NCBI GenBank assembly: GCA_001938485.1
Contig: MQRK01216527.1
Span: 1-49,347, forward strand
DNA length: 49,347 bases
Reading direction: 5' to 3'
Source: Girardia tigrina
Lineage: Eukaryota
The stretch's first letter is position 1. The number at the start of each line of letters is the position of its first letter. This document shows, in pieces, positions 25,336 through 38,597 of this stretch. The position numbers and the translations under genes are program-made. The notes under the pieces were generated by a model. That model searched no databases and was not told the origin of the DNA. It saw only the letters and a program-made list of their open reading frames with translations.

Positions 25336-26792
25336 ACCCTCTGTTTACCGCGGCCCGCGGAATTTCACGCCGTGGAAAACCTTACATTGACAGCAATGTG
25401 CTGAGTAAATCTCTTTATTTATAATTACAGTGCTTTCGCGTTTTAAGCAACTTCTGAAAATTAAAATTTTTAAAAAGTTGCTTAAATCGAAAAAAGTGCA
25501 TTTTTATAGTTTCAGTTTCATTTTAACGCAATAGTGTCAGTTATTGTTTAAAACAATCATTTATATCATTTGTTGTACTTTTTATTAGTTTAATAGTACT
25601 AAAATTAAAAAAATGTGAATCAAATTATGAAATATTATTATCATAGTAAAAACTAAGTATTATTCAGTCCTTGATTACTTTGGTGTATGGAAATTTCACA
25701 ACATAATTTTTCATCAACAAAATCTTAATTTATTTCATAATTCATAACTATGGCACGGAATTTAATGACCTTAAAAATCAAAAAATGACTCTATTTTATT
25801 TCCTCTATTCCCGAGTTAGATATTATTTTGTTCTTCCCCTCTGCCAATAGAGTCGCCGCAGTCACACCACCGCGGCACCCACTCTGTTATCAATGATTAT
25901 TATTATTATTATTAATTGTAACTTATTAATGTCATTCATAAGAAAAGACATTATCCTTTTATATACAATTTTTCGATATAATAACTAAAATTGATTATTA
26001 TCTTTCTATCAAAGTCCTTTAGTTAAACTTTATTTCAATAATTTTTCTGATAGACAAGTAAAAAAATTAAAAATTAAAGAATCATTTCGCGCTTCACTGA
26101 AACAATGAACTAAATCGAGATTAAATTGTCTATTTACAACAGACAAATGATTATTTAGATCAATTTATTTTATTTAAATAGCTCTTAAAAAACAATTTTC
26201 AAATTTTTAAAATCAAGATATTTCAGTTTATAACAATAATTTATTTTCCTTCCTTTAATCTGTCCAAATACTTTTCAAACTCAGTTGTTTTGATCTTAAT
26301 TTCTTTGCCAAACAAATTATGTCTTAATGTTTACAATTAATCAAACATGATAATTCAAGCAAGACGCAATTTTGGTACCGATTCTGACAAAAGGTAACCA
26401 CTTAAATGATTCGGAAAATTTTTGTTTTAATAAAAAACTTTTTATTAAAATAATTTAAAATTTATTCAGTATTCTTATTTATTCAACTTTGAAAAATGTA
26501 GAAAATAAATAATTAAAGAAATCGAAGGATATTTAAACAACTCTCATTAATGACTTTCTGTAACAAATTTTATATTTTTAATATTTAAAAAAATATATTT
26601 TAATATCAGATTTAATATTCTTAAACATTTGTTTTTTCATATTAATATAAAAATGATAACACTAAAACATAAATCAAAACTTTTATTTTTCTCATCAAAT
26701 TGCATTTGCGCAATTTGACCTTTTTCTGCAATATTGTTCGGGTTGATGTGATATCATCAACCAACTGTTGCACAATCGGGAAAGTAAAGTAG

Positions 26793-27365
26793 TTACTTTA
26801 CATAAATCCCTAGGAAGTATGTTTCTTCTTTTGGAGAGAAAGTAGGTTTGACCCGATCTATCGAGTATCTCTTCTGTGAAACGTTGATATTGAGGAGTAG
26901 AGTCTCCATATTATATAATCGGCTTATGATCTGATACGGTTCGTCGTATCTTGGTTTGAGGGTAGGTGGATACTCGTTCCGCACCCACACTTGCTTACAG
27001 TCTTTTAGTGCTTTCCCTACAAAGATGCGTCGAGTTGTCTGTCTTGGAATTAACTGAGATTCGTAGGCTTGAACAGACGCTTTAACATCTTCCCAGGTAT
27101 ATTCTGTGTTCTTTCCTTCATCGAGCATCAAGTCTCCGGGCAAATTGGTAGAAGTTCCATACAAAAGTTTAGCCGGAGAGGTTGTTGTACCCGTGATTGT
27201 GGCATTTCTCAGTGCTAACATTATGATCGGCAAGTCGTGAGCCCACGTTGCTTCTGTGTTTTCTGAATGTGCTCGGAGGGCATTCATTAGTGAACGATGA
27301 AATCTCTCGATTTTCCCGTTACACTCTGGGTGGTACGCGACGGGTACGAGAGTCTTCAACGAAGC
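26793..27365 (-). pseudogene. Ty3/gypsy integrase C-terminal part
   Basis: AYHPECNGKIERFHRSL, WAHDLPIIMLALRN, SPAKLLYG, VWVR...LKPRYDEPY (GPY/F-like), SIDRVKP. Confidence 0.9.
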
Positions 27366-27632
27366 TGTAGTGCTACATCCTATTGATGACATTATTAGTG
27401 TGCTGCATTGCTTTGTGTATCAGTATCATTTTTCTATATATTTTCTGATCAATAACATATCTTCTTACTGTGTATTAGGTTGAAACGATGCTTTTGTTAA
27501 TAAAATTCTGATACTATCTTAGAGTGGGTCCAATAGGCTGGCCAATCAAATTTTTTTAATTGATGATATCTTCGCAAATAAAATGCTTCTAACCACAAGA
27601 ATCTTAGTAATTGAGCATGCTTTCCAAATATA

Positions 27633-29308
27633 CAGGGTGACGCAAAATAAACTCCAAGGTACTTTTCTATTGGATCTTTTTATCCACCTACTTTTTATAG
27701 GTAAAGTATACATTTTTAGAATCCTGAGCGTCGCCAAATTCTGATGGTATATAAAAAAAATCACAAAAAAAATATCAAAAATTAAAAAAAAATTGAGACG
27801 AAAAATTTAACAAGCGTTTTTTTAAATGAACTTAGAAAGTTTTATCCTAAAATTTGATTCAAATGACGTATACGGATCAGCAAAAAGCTCATCTCGTTTT
27901 GATACTTGTTGAGGAAGCCTATGATTATGCGCAGCTCAAAACTCGATTCCGAAGTGAAACAAGAAATGGTCGAGCAAAGATTCTGGAAAAAAAGAGTCAT
28001 TGTAAAATGGATTGACGATTTTCGAGCGACTGGAAGTGTCCATGGAAAGCACGGAAAGAACAAGCCAAAACGTGTTCGCACCAAAGAAGCCATTGAAGAC
28101 GTCTGTGAAGTCTTTACTGCAAATCCTCATCTATCAACTCGACGCAATCCATTTGTTTCACCTGGCGACACTGACAGCGAAGAAGACGATCACGGAACAG
28201 TTCGTATGTCACAAAGAAGCTTGCAGTGAATTTTGAAAGAAGACTTACAGATGCGTCCCTATCATTTGAAAATGGCTCATGCCTTGGAGGAGACCGACTA
28301 TGCCGCTCAAATTGAGTTTGCTCGAACCGAATTGGATCGATTGGATGAAGATGCAAACAGACTCAACAATCATCCTTTTACGGATGAAGCCCGCTTTCAT
28401 TTGGACGGAAGCGTCAATCGTCAAGACTGGATCATGTGGGCCGATGAAAATCCTCATTGGTTTGATGTTCGTCGACTTCATCCTCAAAAATTGACAGTTT
28501 GGATGGGAATTGGTNNNNNNNNNNNNNNNNNNNNNNNNNNNNNNNNNNNNNNNNNNNNNNNNNNNNNNNNNNNNNNNNNNTTGGATGACTGAATTGTATC
28601 AAGAGCACGTTATTCCAGAGCTTCAAACTTGGCCGAATTTCAATTCTCTCATTGAGCAGCATGACGGCGCTCCGCCACACATTCTTGGAGATTTTCTTAA
28701 ATTGTTGGGTCAACAGTTTCCAAATCGATGGATAGGTCGCAAAACACGGGCGCATCCTACTCCAGTTACATGGCCACCTCGCTCGCCAGATCTTACAGCA
28801 TGTGACTATTGGTTGTGGGGCTACATGAAAGGTCGAATTTATCATCGCGAACAACGTCCAAGCACACTNNNNNNNNNNNNNNNNNNNNNNNNNNNNNNNN
28901 NNNNNNNNNNNNNNNNNNAATTTATCATCGCGAACAACGTCCAAGCACACTCGAAGAGTTGAGAGCAGCGATTGAAGGAGTTGCCAATGAAATCCGTGGA
29001 GACCGCGCACTTCGTAAACGCGTTGTGGCCGACTACAAACGACGTTTGCATTAATGTTTTCTTAGAGATGGAAGACAAGTTGAAATTCGATAATTAATTG
29101 TTGTTATGCTTTTATGGAATAAAAAGCTTGCTAAATTTTTCGTCTGAAATTTTTTTTTAATTTTTGATGTTTTCTTTCGATTTTTTTATATACCATCAGA
29201 ATTTGGCGACGCTCAGGATTCTAAAAATGTATACTTTACTTATAAAAAAGTAGGTGGATAAAAAGGTCCAATAGAAAAGTACCTTGGAGTTTATTTTGCG
29301 TCACCCTG
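27633..29308 (+). mobile_element. Long-TIR rosa/DD41D(VS)-like Tc1/mariner transposon with DD46D spacing
   Basis: TA-CAGGGTGACGCAAAATAAAC... TIRs of ~180 bp with a near-identical outer part and TA on both sides; FTDEARFHLDGSVNRQ, HPQKLTVW, QHDGAPPH, FPNRWIGR, WPPRSPDLTACDYWLWGYMK; at least one stop plus two N gaps. Confidence 0.92.
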
Positions 29309-31923
29309 TAGAATTCTTCGAACAAACATATGTAATTTAATTTGGGATTTCTATGTCTGAAAAAGCAGCCTTCGGAATCCATAAAGTGAATTGCTTCAAG
29401 ACTAGATAATTTAATGTCGTAACATGCCTTTGCCACATGATAGTGTTTGTTTAACGGCAACTACTTTAGAAAATTTGAATTTCTCCTGAATGACAAATGC
29501 TTAAAATAATTCTCACCATTTCAAAGAATTTCACCTTCTGCAAAATAAAAATTATCAATAACAGAGGTTATACCATTACAACAGGCAAAATAGTCCGATA
29601 ATTAATTAATCATACTCAATGCTGAATTTAAAGATAAGAAAAATCATAAAGCTTACATTTTGACAATCAAATTGAAGTAGAGACAGAAGAAGAAATTTTG
29701 AAAACTTGTAAAAATATTTCAAACTTATCTATTAAATATTTTAAAATTTAATTTACCAAATATTTTATTAAACTTTAATTTTATAAAATTCATTTTATTA
29801 AAATATTTTTGAAATATATTTGTATCAATTTTTTGAAAAATATTGATTATATTTTAATTTTTTATAATAATCATTATTTCATAATAATTTAAAACTATCA
29901 GGCTATTAATAAAACAGATTTTCCAACTGGTTATAAGAATCATAATTCCAAATTTAATAAAATCCTATAACAAGTTTTCATTAATTAGAAAATTCTTCAC
30001 AGATATAAATTGCGTAAATAATTTGCAATTTATTAATAAATTAGAACAAATTCTTCGAGTTCTTAACATTTTTTATATAAATGTTATCATTTCTTTTGGT
30101 TTTAAGTATAAAAAAATTAATCATTACCTCTTTAAAGGACTAATGAATAAGAAATTGGAAAACTTCTTTCTTAATGATTTAAAGCTTATTTATTTTACTT
30201 TTTCTTCATTGTATGAGTGACTGTAACTTTCCTTTCAGATCATCATGACTTAATAAACACACTTTATGGATTCCTGACCTAAAATAAAATGTGGTCATTT
30301 AATTATTCAATATATTTTTATTATTTCTATATTTTGGTCTCTAGTTAACTTTTGGTCTTTAACATCTGGGGAACTTACCTTAAATGACAATTTATTCATG
30401 TATCTCTATCCGAAATAGTTTAATTTCTTATTGGAAAACCAAAATCACTATAATTATTTAAATAATTTTTAAAAGAATTCATGTAATTTCATTTTAAGCC
30501 AATTATTGTTTTTAAAAATTTATTAAAATATTACTGACTTAAGTCAGATTTAATGAAATCTAGTTTCTAACTTACAATTGTACAATTTTTATGAAAAAAA
30601 TAATATTAGGGCTTTTACTATAATTGAATATTTTAAATATTAATGAAAAAGCAATTAGTAATTGAGAATTAATATGTTCACGAAAATTGTCACATATTAT
30701 TTTAATATTTATCATTAATTAATGTTCAGATGTATTATTCAAAAAAATGATTCAAATGCCTATAAAATTGAAATATATTCAAAATGATTATTTTTCACAA
30801 TTTTATTTTTGTTGTATAATAAATAAAAGTCATATGAGTTGTAAAATAATTTTACTTTAAGAAAATAATATTTCATGATTTACAATCTACATTTCAAAAA
30901 TATAGTTACAAGGTTTAAAAATAACTAATTAGTTAATTAATTTTTATTTAAAACAATTGAAAATCTTTTTACATATTTCCGACTTTCTAAAACATTGTAT
31001 TTTCTGGAGTATTTAATATTTCACTAAAATTCTCGACATTTTTCTAAAATAATTTTCTAAATTCCAATTTAATATTTTTGAAAAATTATTTGGTTAAAGT
31101 TTGTGATGATGGTATTAGCAAAGCTTGCTTAGTTATCTCGCTGCGTCACTACAGCGTCGATGGGAGGTCCATGGGTGGTAGGGAAAATGACTACTTTTTT
31201 TCACAGTTACTCATCTAAATCTTGATCCTCATCTTAGAGAACGGTCTAATCTCGTTTGTCTCGCTGCAAACTTAGCCAATTATACTCCCGATCAGATCAT
31301 TTGGAGTTATCAATGCAAACAAAAATGAAGCAGATTTCTTTCTCTTTACAAAAGTGCATTTCAAGACCCGTTTGAATGAATCAAATGATTGGAAGTCTAA
31401 TCGACGATGGGATCAGTCGCAGAACTCAAACAACATTCGGAGATGGAACTCTCCTCCAATTATCTCAATATTTTCTGCTTCTAAAAAGCATTTCGATTGC
31501 AAATTACAAATTAATCTATGACAAATTGTCTCTTCAATCGAAATTTACTACGAATTTGTAAATATTGATCCCCAATGTGATCCTATGATTCATACTCAAA
31601 TTCATCGAAATCATTGACACCATCCGTCACAGACACCATCCGTCACAGACACCATGAATGTCCAAAGATCGAATTTCGATTCTAATTACACTGGAGTACA
31701 TCAATTTCTTTACTGGCTCTAATCTAGGTGAGACGAAAGGTATAAAAGATTAGTACACGAAATAGGTAAAATCTTAATTCGCCTTCAACGGAAAATAAAT
31801 AAAAAAATAATTTAAGTTATAAAATTTATAATAACAACAAAATTAACAGAAAGACAAAAATAAGTAAATAGTATTATAATAACGAGGAATTTTGGATGAT
31901 GGAAGAGTTAACCAACAAATATA

Positions 31924-32592
31924 ACGGATAACATCAAATAGTAGGTGGACATGAAATAGTAGGTGTAATGAAGTTTTCAAAAAATTTTCCACCTACTATT
32001 AAAATAGTAGGTGGAATCAAATAGTAGGTGTATCGTTTTTAAAGCAATTTATAAAAAAAATATTTTTAAAAATGAAAAAATGCTGGCGATATCGGAGTGA
32101 ATAAAGAGTTTAAAGATAAAGTTTTTGAAATGATAAATCAGTGGAAAAACTCCGATTTGGTTCAATACACGAGAGGTGGTAATCCTAGGCGACCCGCGCA
32201 NNNNNNNNNNNNNNNNNNNNNNNNNNNNNNNNNNNNNNNNNNNNNNNNNNNNNNNNNNNNNNNNNNNNNNNNNNNNNNNNNNNNNNNNNNNNNNNNNNNN
32301 NNNNNNNNNNNNNNNNNNNNNNNNNNNNNNNNNNNNNNNNNNNNNNNNNNNNNNNNNNNNNNNNNNNNNNNNNNNNNNNNNNNNNNNNNNNNNNNNNNNN
32401 NNNNNNNNNNNNNNNNNNNNNNNNNNNNNNNNNNNNNNNNNNNNNNTTTAATTCTTATTTATTTTTCAAGTTTAAGGCAAGTTCAAAACAAAAGCACCAA
32501 ATAGTAGGTGTAAACCAATATTGGGCGCCTTTTCAATTTTTTTTCCACCTACTATTAAAATAGTAGGTGTCCTACTATTTCATGTTATCCGT
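31924..32592 (+). mobile_element. Deleted pogo-family element with repeated AAATAGTAGGTG subterminal motifs
   Basis: TIR acggataacat.aaatagtagg flanked by TA; DIGVNKEFK...W...TRGGNPRRP resembles the pogo DDE C-terminus. Confidence 0.8.
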
Positions 32593-34349
32593 TAGTTACT
32601 TTCGAATAGGTGTGATTATTGACTATAGCCTGATTAGATATAACTGCGTCGTTTTGGATTAACACTAATTAAACGGATAACGATAGTCCGTCAAATAGCT
32701 TCTTGATTATTTGAGACATATCCAGAAATTAAACAATGAATCGGGTTCGTTTGATTGATACATCGAAATAAACAACAAATAGAATATTGAATTTTAGTCT
32801 TTTCTTCTTTTTTAAACGAATTAAAACTTGCAATTGTAGTAGGCTTGAGACTCGTGAGATTTATTAGAATCGCCTTTACGAGCTTTCCAACAAAAAAATC
32901 AATCGCAATATTAAATTTATGAATCATTAAGCCATTCATAATTTTATCGATCGATTTTTAAATTTTTATTTTTAATTATCATTCTTTTATTTATTTGTCT
33001 TTCCTTTTATTAATTTTTTAATTCCTCTTTTTCTTTGCATTTCTATCTCTTTTACTTTTCCTTCTCACAAAAACATAATAAACAATAAAAATAATAATAT
33101 GATAATAATAAATTGCATACTTTGTTTTTATATTTAAATTAAATTTTTACTGCAACTTGTTTTTTAATATCTGCAATTGATATTCGATATTTTAGGAAAG
33201 TTAACACTTGTTTATTCACATTCTTAATTAGCTTATTGTGATTTAATATTTTAGTTTTGGTGGTAAATGAAGGTTGGGCTTGTATGATTTCTTCGTTCGA
33301 AGTCGGACTTAAAATTTGTAAACTAAAATGCAGACTTTTAACTTTCTGTTTTATGTCTTATTATATAAATGAAAATTTAAAAACAAACTAAAATAAGAAA
33401 AGGTTTCTTACTTATTTCTAAAAGAAATGTGGACAATTATTTTTTTTGTTTTTGTTTTTTTTAAAAATTCTGAGTAGCTGCTATTTGGAAACTCAAGAAC
33501 TCTAATTCTGAACAAGCTTTTCGATTACATTTCGATTTTTACTTGCTTCTACAATTTTTGGTTAATTGCATCTCTTTTTATCTAAGTTACACTACAAATA
33601 TAATTAATTGACTTTTCTAAATCACTTTTTTTCGGTAAAAGTGTTCATAATTTGCAATGTATATTATTAGTTATTCAATAAATTTTAAAGTAACATAAAA
33701 TAGTGAAATAAAATTCAGGATATATATTTGCTACAAAAATAAGGAAAAGTAAAATAATTTTCTTTCGACAACTGAAACACTAAATTATAAAATTTATTTT
33801 TAAATTAAAGCAAATTATTGATATTATAACGTTACTTACGTAAGTAATATATAAATGCACGTTAAAATAACTAAAGAAATTACTTCGTTTTAAATAAAAG
33901 TTTGGCAAATATAATGAAATATTCTTTTTTGTATTAAATTAGTGATGTAAAAGTATTAGTCTTCAAATGGATATAATATAATACATTCATTACAATAGGT
34001 AATATGAATTAGCAAAAATATTACATTAAATGTTAGGATATATGTTGGTAATGTGAAGGAAAATGAAAATTAATAAGTTTTTTTCTAAAAGATAAGTATT
34101 ATATGTGATGAATAAAATAGAATAAAATGGAATAATATAAATAATATAAATTTTAGTTATTTTATGATGAAAATACGAATTTAAATATATTCGTCATCAA
34201 AATAAATAGAAATTAAATTAAATAAAATATTTCGTTGGTAATATCCTGTAATAAATCATCATTTCCAGACTAAAATAGAAAAAAAGATATGTCATATATG
34301 ACGGATGAGCTGAATTTTTGTCTTTGGAAGTTTCTGTTTTAATATTTTA

Positions 34350-35250
34350 ATCATAATTATTATTGAGAATAAATTGAAATAAAATTGGCAGATTATTAAA
34401 ATCAAATTCGAAAGCCAATTGACAATATTTATTAATTTCGACGGTTTAACCGTCATCGTCAGAACAAATGATTTTTCAAACGAAATTTACTTAGGTAGTG
34501 CAGTTAATGATTATGTAATTAATACGTAATCAGTACATCATTTAAAAACTGTCAACAAAGTTGTAGAGAGTGCAGTTTGAACGTTAATTTTAGGATCCAA
34601 AGATCTAATATATAACGCTTCACATGTCACTCTCTCCCAATAATTTTTAAATTTAGTGCACAGAATTTTAAAGTGTTGTGAAGTTATATCTCCTTTACAG
34701 TGTCTTCTATGTCCTGCAATGTTTCTTCTACCTTCATTGCGACTGTGTTCCTGGATTCTCTTACAGAGATGACGTGGAGTCTCTCCAATGTATGTGGCGT
34801 TACACCCATTACATGTATATTGGTAAATGAGATCCGAACACAATCCCAATGGCGTTGGAGATTTATTGCCGAACATACTTTCAATTTTCTGAGTGCGGGA
34901 TATTACTTTTAAACTTATTGCATTATCTAACGTTTTCAGAATAGAATTTTTAAATATTTTAAACCCCACCATCGAGAAATTTTGCAATTTCATATTGTGA
35001 TGTTCTAATCATCGACAATACTGGACGCATTGGAACACCTACTTTATGTACCTTAGGTAAACCATAAAGTTTAGCAGGTTGTGATCCTACTGGCTTTAAT
35101 TTCTTCGCAACATCTTTATTTATGTGATTATTATTAGCCAATTTTAATAATAGGGAACTCAAATATTCATCATCTTTCAATGGGGGCAATTTTCCGTTTT
35201 TTCTAAATTTTTCGATTTTCTTAAATTGAGAATTCTATTCTGAAAACGTG
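34350..35250 (-). mobile_element. Internally deleted Penelope-like element: RT N-flank joined to GIY-YIG endonuclease, 3' pseudo-LTR with hammerhead
   Basis: 34959-35189 YGLPKVHKVGVPMRPVLS (same family as 11393-12431); 34538-34993 LIYQYTCNGCNATYIGETPRHL...EH...HRRHC...EALYIRSLDPKINVQ. Confidence 0.92.
34427..34466 (-). ncRNA. Minimal hammerhead ribozyme downstream of the PLE GIY-YIG ORF
   Basis: Reverse complement: tgtt-CTGACGA-T-gacgg(ttaaa)ccgtc-GAAA-TTAA-TA-aata; perfect 5-bp stem II, palindromic TTAA, same sense as the ORF. Confidence 0.85.
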
Positions 35251-36731
35251 GGTTACATTTACTCTTGCACCTGTGCCTAATAAACAATCCTCCACGTTAC
35301 CTTGTATCATAAACTTTACACTCGGCCGGCCTTTCATTCTATCATACGATATATTTTCTGCTTTCCATTCATCTATTGACAAAATCCCGACATTTTCTTC
35401 TGTCTTCTTTTCTTCAATTGTGCCAACTAAACTTCGTCCAAGCCTGTCCTAAAAAGTTTCTTTCTTTATAAATTTCCGTACTTTATCATTTACTTTCGCT
35501 TCGCTTATCTCAATATTCCTTTCATCGTCTATCACTTCGTCTATAATATTTGATATATTACTTCTACTATAAATACCAATACTTTGGGAGTCGCTGGTAT
35601 CCTTTAATTTATTGCCCCGACTGGCTCCACTTCTGTCGAGGCGTTGCCTTTTGGGTGTTCACTTCCTGTTACTGATTCTTCATATTCTTCTTCAATGCTA
35701 TTCACGAATCTTCTATTATCTCCTAGTCTTCTGTCTTCTCTATCTCTATATTTGTTGATTGTATCCCGATCCTCGATAGTTATTGTCACCTGTATTTTGC
35801 TGTCTTCTTCTGCCATTTAAGGTTGTATAACATTCACTTTCACTGTGACCTTTATCTTGACATCTTTTGTATTCGATGTTTGGACAGTTTTTTCTTACGT
35901 GTCCCTGTTATCCACAACCAATAACATTTTATTGTTCTCCTTTCCGAACATTTTCTTATCATGTGTCCTTATTTTCCACATCCGAAACACTTGATTGGTT
36001 TTCTTTGTCTACACGTTTCACTTGTGTGACCTACTTTTTCACAATTTCTATATTTGACCGCTTTTATACCTTGAGTGTATTCTGTAGTATTTCTACCAAC
36101 CCCTGTCTGATTTTGTCCGTATTTACTGTCTCCTTACTGCTTCTCTATAACTCCGGGGTCTGTTTTGCATCCCCTGGTCTCTTACTACATTCACGTCTTC
36201 TATACATTCACGCCTTTATCTTTTCTTTTATATCATCAATTCTTTTCATTTTGTTAAGTCTCACTTCCTTTTTTATGTCCACATCATCACAACAATGTAA
36301 CAATAATGGTTCCTTGAGGGCCTCTTTTGACAAGTCATGTTTCAAGATCTTGACTACGAGCTTTTCAACTTTCTCAAAAAATACTTCTGGATATCTTCCT
36401 TCATCCTGTACCGGCATGCCTCAGTCAGGTCTTCGAATAGTGAGAAAGTTCGAGAGAATGCCTTTCTCAATCGGTCTTTATAACCTACTATTGTCTTATC
36501 TACCGCTTTGTATCGATCTTTTAGATCTCTCTCCAACAAACAAATGACTATTGTCTCTAGTTTTGCCTTCGCTATTCCTGCAAAATTAAAGAATGTTTCA
36601 CATTCTTCAATAAATGTCTGCACATTATCGCCTTTCCTGTACTTTTCAGGTAACAGTTGACCCGTGAAGATATCCCTTGCAGCGTTAGTCTCCGTGTGAG
36701 AAGTGATTGCAACAGAAATATCTGAATTCAT
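35251..36731 (-). pseudogene. Ty3/gypsy-like gag (three zinc knuckles) and start of protease, frameshifted
   Basis: LPEKYRKGDNVQTFIEECETFF; CFGCGK*GH..KC, CYGCG*QGHVRKNC, RCQDKGHSESEC; GRPSVKF...CLLGTGARVNV (degenerate DTG). Confidence 0.85.
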
Positions 36732-38344
36732 TTTTGTAACCCCAAAATTTATTAATATAACAAAAATTCACATATTTAAACAAATTTTTCTGTTAATTTA
36801 ATTATCTCGCCACAAATCAATCTATTAAATTCTTTTTGATTCAATTTTTAAAATCTTGCAAATTTATTAAATACATTGCACATTAAAACTAAAAATTTAT
36901 TTTAAAATTTATTTAAAATCGTTTCATAACTTATATTAAAATATATAAATTGTTATACCTGTAAAAATATTTTTATTTATAAATAAATATTTAATATATA
37001 ATGGTTTTCTTATCATTTTTAATTTTAAGATATTTAATAGATACATTAAAAAAGATATTTTTTATTTATAAATAGATATTTATTTTTTATGATTTTCTTT
37101 TATTATATCATTTTTAATTTTTTAAATTATTTAAAAAGCATATTAACATTAAAATATTTTATCTTTTAAATTAAAAAAATAATAGATCATTCTCGCGATA
37201 TGAAAATTTAAATTAACCCCTCATAATAGAAATATCTAAAATTAAATTTTGAAATCAAGTTTCATAATATACTGGTGCTATTCATAACGGAATTTTTAAT
37301 TGTCACTAGAAATTAAAGTTTTCTCTTTAAATGGTATCTTTTTATCTTTCTTTGACTTTAAAAAACTTTCCACAATCTTAATTATTTTTCAATGAATTTT
37401 AATTTTAATTTTTTCTTTACTATATGATAGGATCCACGGGAATCGACTCCTTCACTGCTCTCTTCTTATGCTTTTCGGCAAAAATTCCCTTTATTTAGCT
37501 TTTTATTTCAATTCATTAACAATTCATCAACTCGTATGCTGCCATATAGGAAATTTTCAGAGTTTTATTTCCTCTTGAACTTCAAATTTTGTTTGGTTGT
37601 AATGTTATCGTGAGCACCACTCCATACAAAATAGTAAATGTAATTATTCACTTTAAGATTTTCAAATCTCTTTGAATTTTTGATACCTTGCGTCGGTCAT
37701 GAAATTAGCTTATTTTTAAAGTTTAAGCTTTGTAACAATAAGTAATCAGAATTTAGATAGATATGAGCATTTCAAGCATGAAAGAAAACAACTTCGATAA
37801 TATAGTGCGTGCAGAAGACAACACTCAAGTTTTGGTTTAAATATTTTTGTTTCTCTGATATAGTCAATTTAGATTTTAACAACTTTTAAAAAATAAATTA
37901 AATAGAAATTTTTGTTTAAAGTTTCGGGATTTTAGAAAAATTTTTATTTGATCCTTTTGATTTGTATATATTGGGCTGAGTATAAAAAATAACTATGTCA
38001 CTATTTATGAAATTGATGTACGTTTGAAGATAAACTTCTTAAGAGATTATTTTTTATACAAACGAGAATTAAAAAATGATTAAAAGTTCAATTTATGATT
38101 AACTTGAAGATAATAAACATGATTCGAAATCTAATTATTGATTTTATGTGTCCCATAGGCTACATACAATACGTTTAAAAAATTCCATTTCGGGAAAATA
38201 ATTTATAATTAAAAACAATATAAAATAATAAAATGAAACACAAAATATACAATAAAACAAATTTAAACATTTGATATCATTTTTTTAAAATAATTTAATA
38301 TAATTTATTTTGACCTAAAATTATTAATAATTAATAAATAATTA

Positions 38345-38597
38345 ATTGTAACCATTTATTATTTCACAATTAACGACATGTTTCGTTCTTATCAGAACAT
38401 CATCAGGTAGATCGTCATTGATAGATCGGATTTATAAAATTACCAAAATGAAACAAAAAAGGAGTCTATCAAACAAAGAATATTTGTCAAGATTCTGATT
38501 TGATAATATATTAAAAATATTTTACACTAAAAATATTTATTTTAAGATACTGATAAGAATGAACTATGTCGGGAATTGTTTAATAATATATGGTTAC
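38345..38597. mobile_element. Second ORF-less inverted pseudo-LTR unit with hammerhead
   Basis: Reverse complement of ~38348-38394 (ctgataagaacgaaacatgtcgttaattgtg...tggttac) matches 38550-38597 (ctgataagaatgaactatgtcgggaattgtt...tggttac). Confidence 0.65.
38371..38410 (-). ncRNA. Hammerhead ribozyme motif, intact core, weak stem I
   Basis: Reverse complement: ac-CTGATGA-T-gttct(gata)agaac-GAAA-CATG-TC-gt. Confidence 0.75.

Noticed and set aside
28836-28951. Apparent tandem duplication aatttatcatcgcgaacaacgtccaagcacact
   Set aside because: Identical sequence on both sides of an N gap; a scaffolding overlap artefact (same pattern around the 2895-2944 gap)
30279-30380. Minus-strand AAG|GTAAGT...TTTTAG intron-like interval
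   Set aside because: Flanking frames close quickly; no supportable exon chain
35867-36547. Long hydrophobic + strand ORF (226 aa), likewise 8032-8604
   Set aside because: Antisense shadows of purine-rich gag sequence
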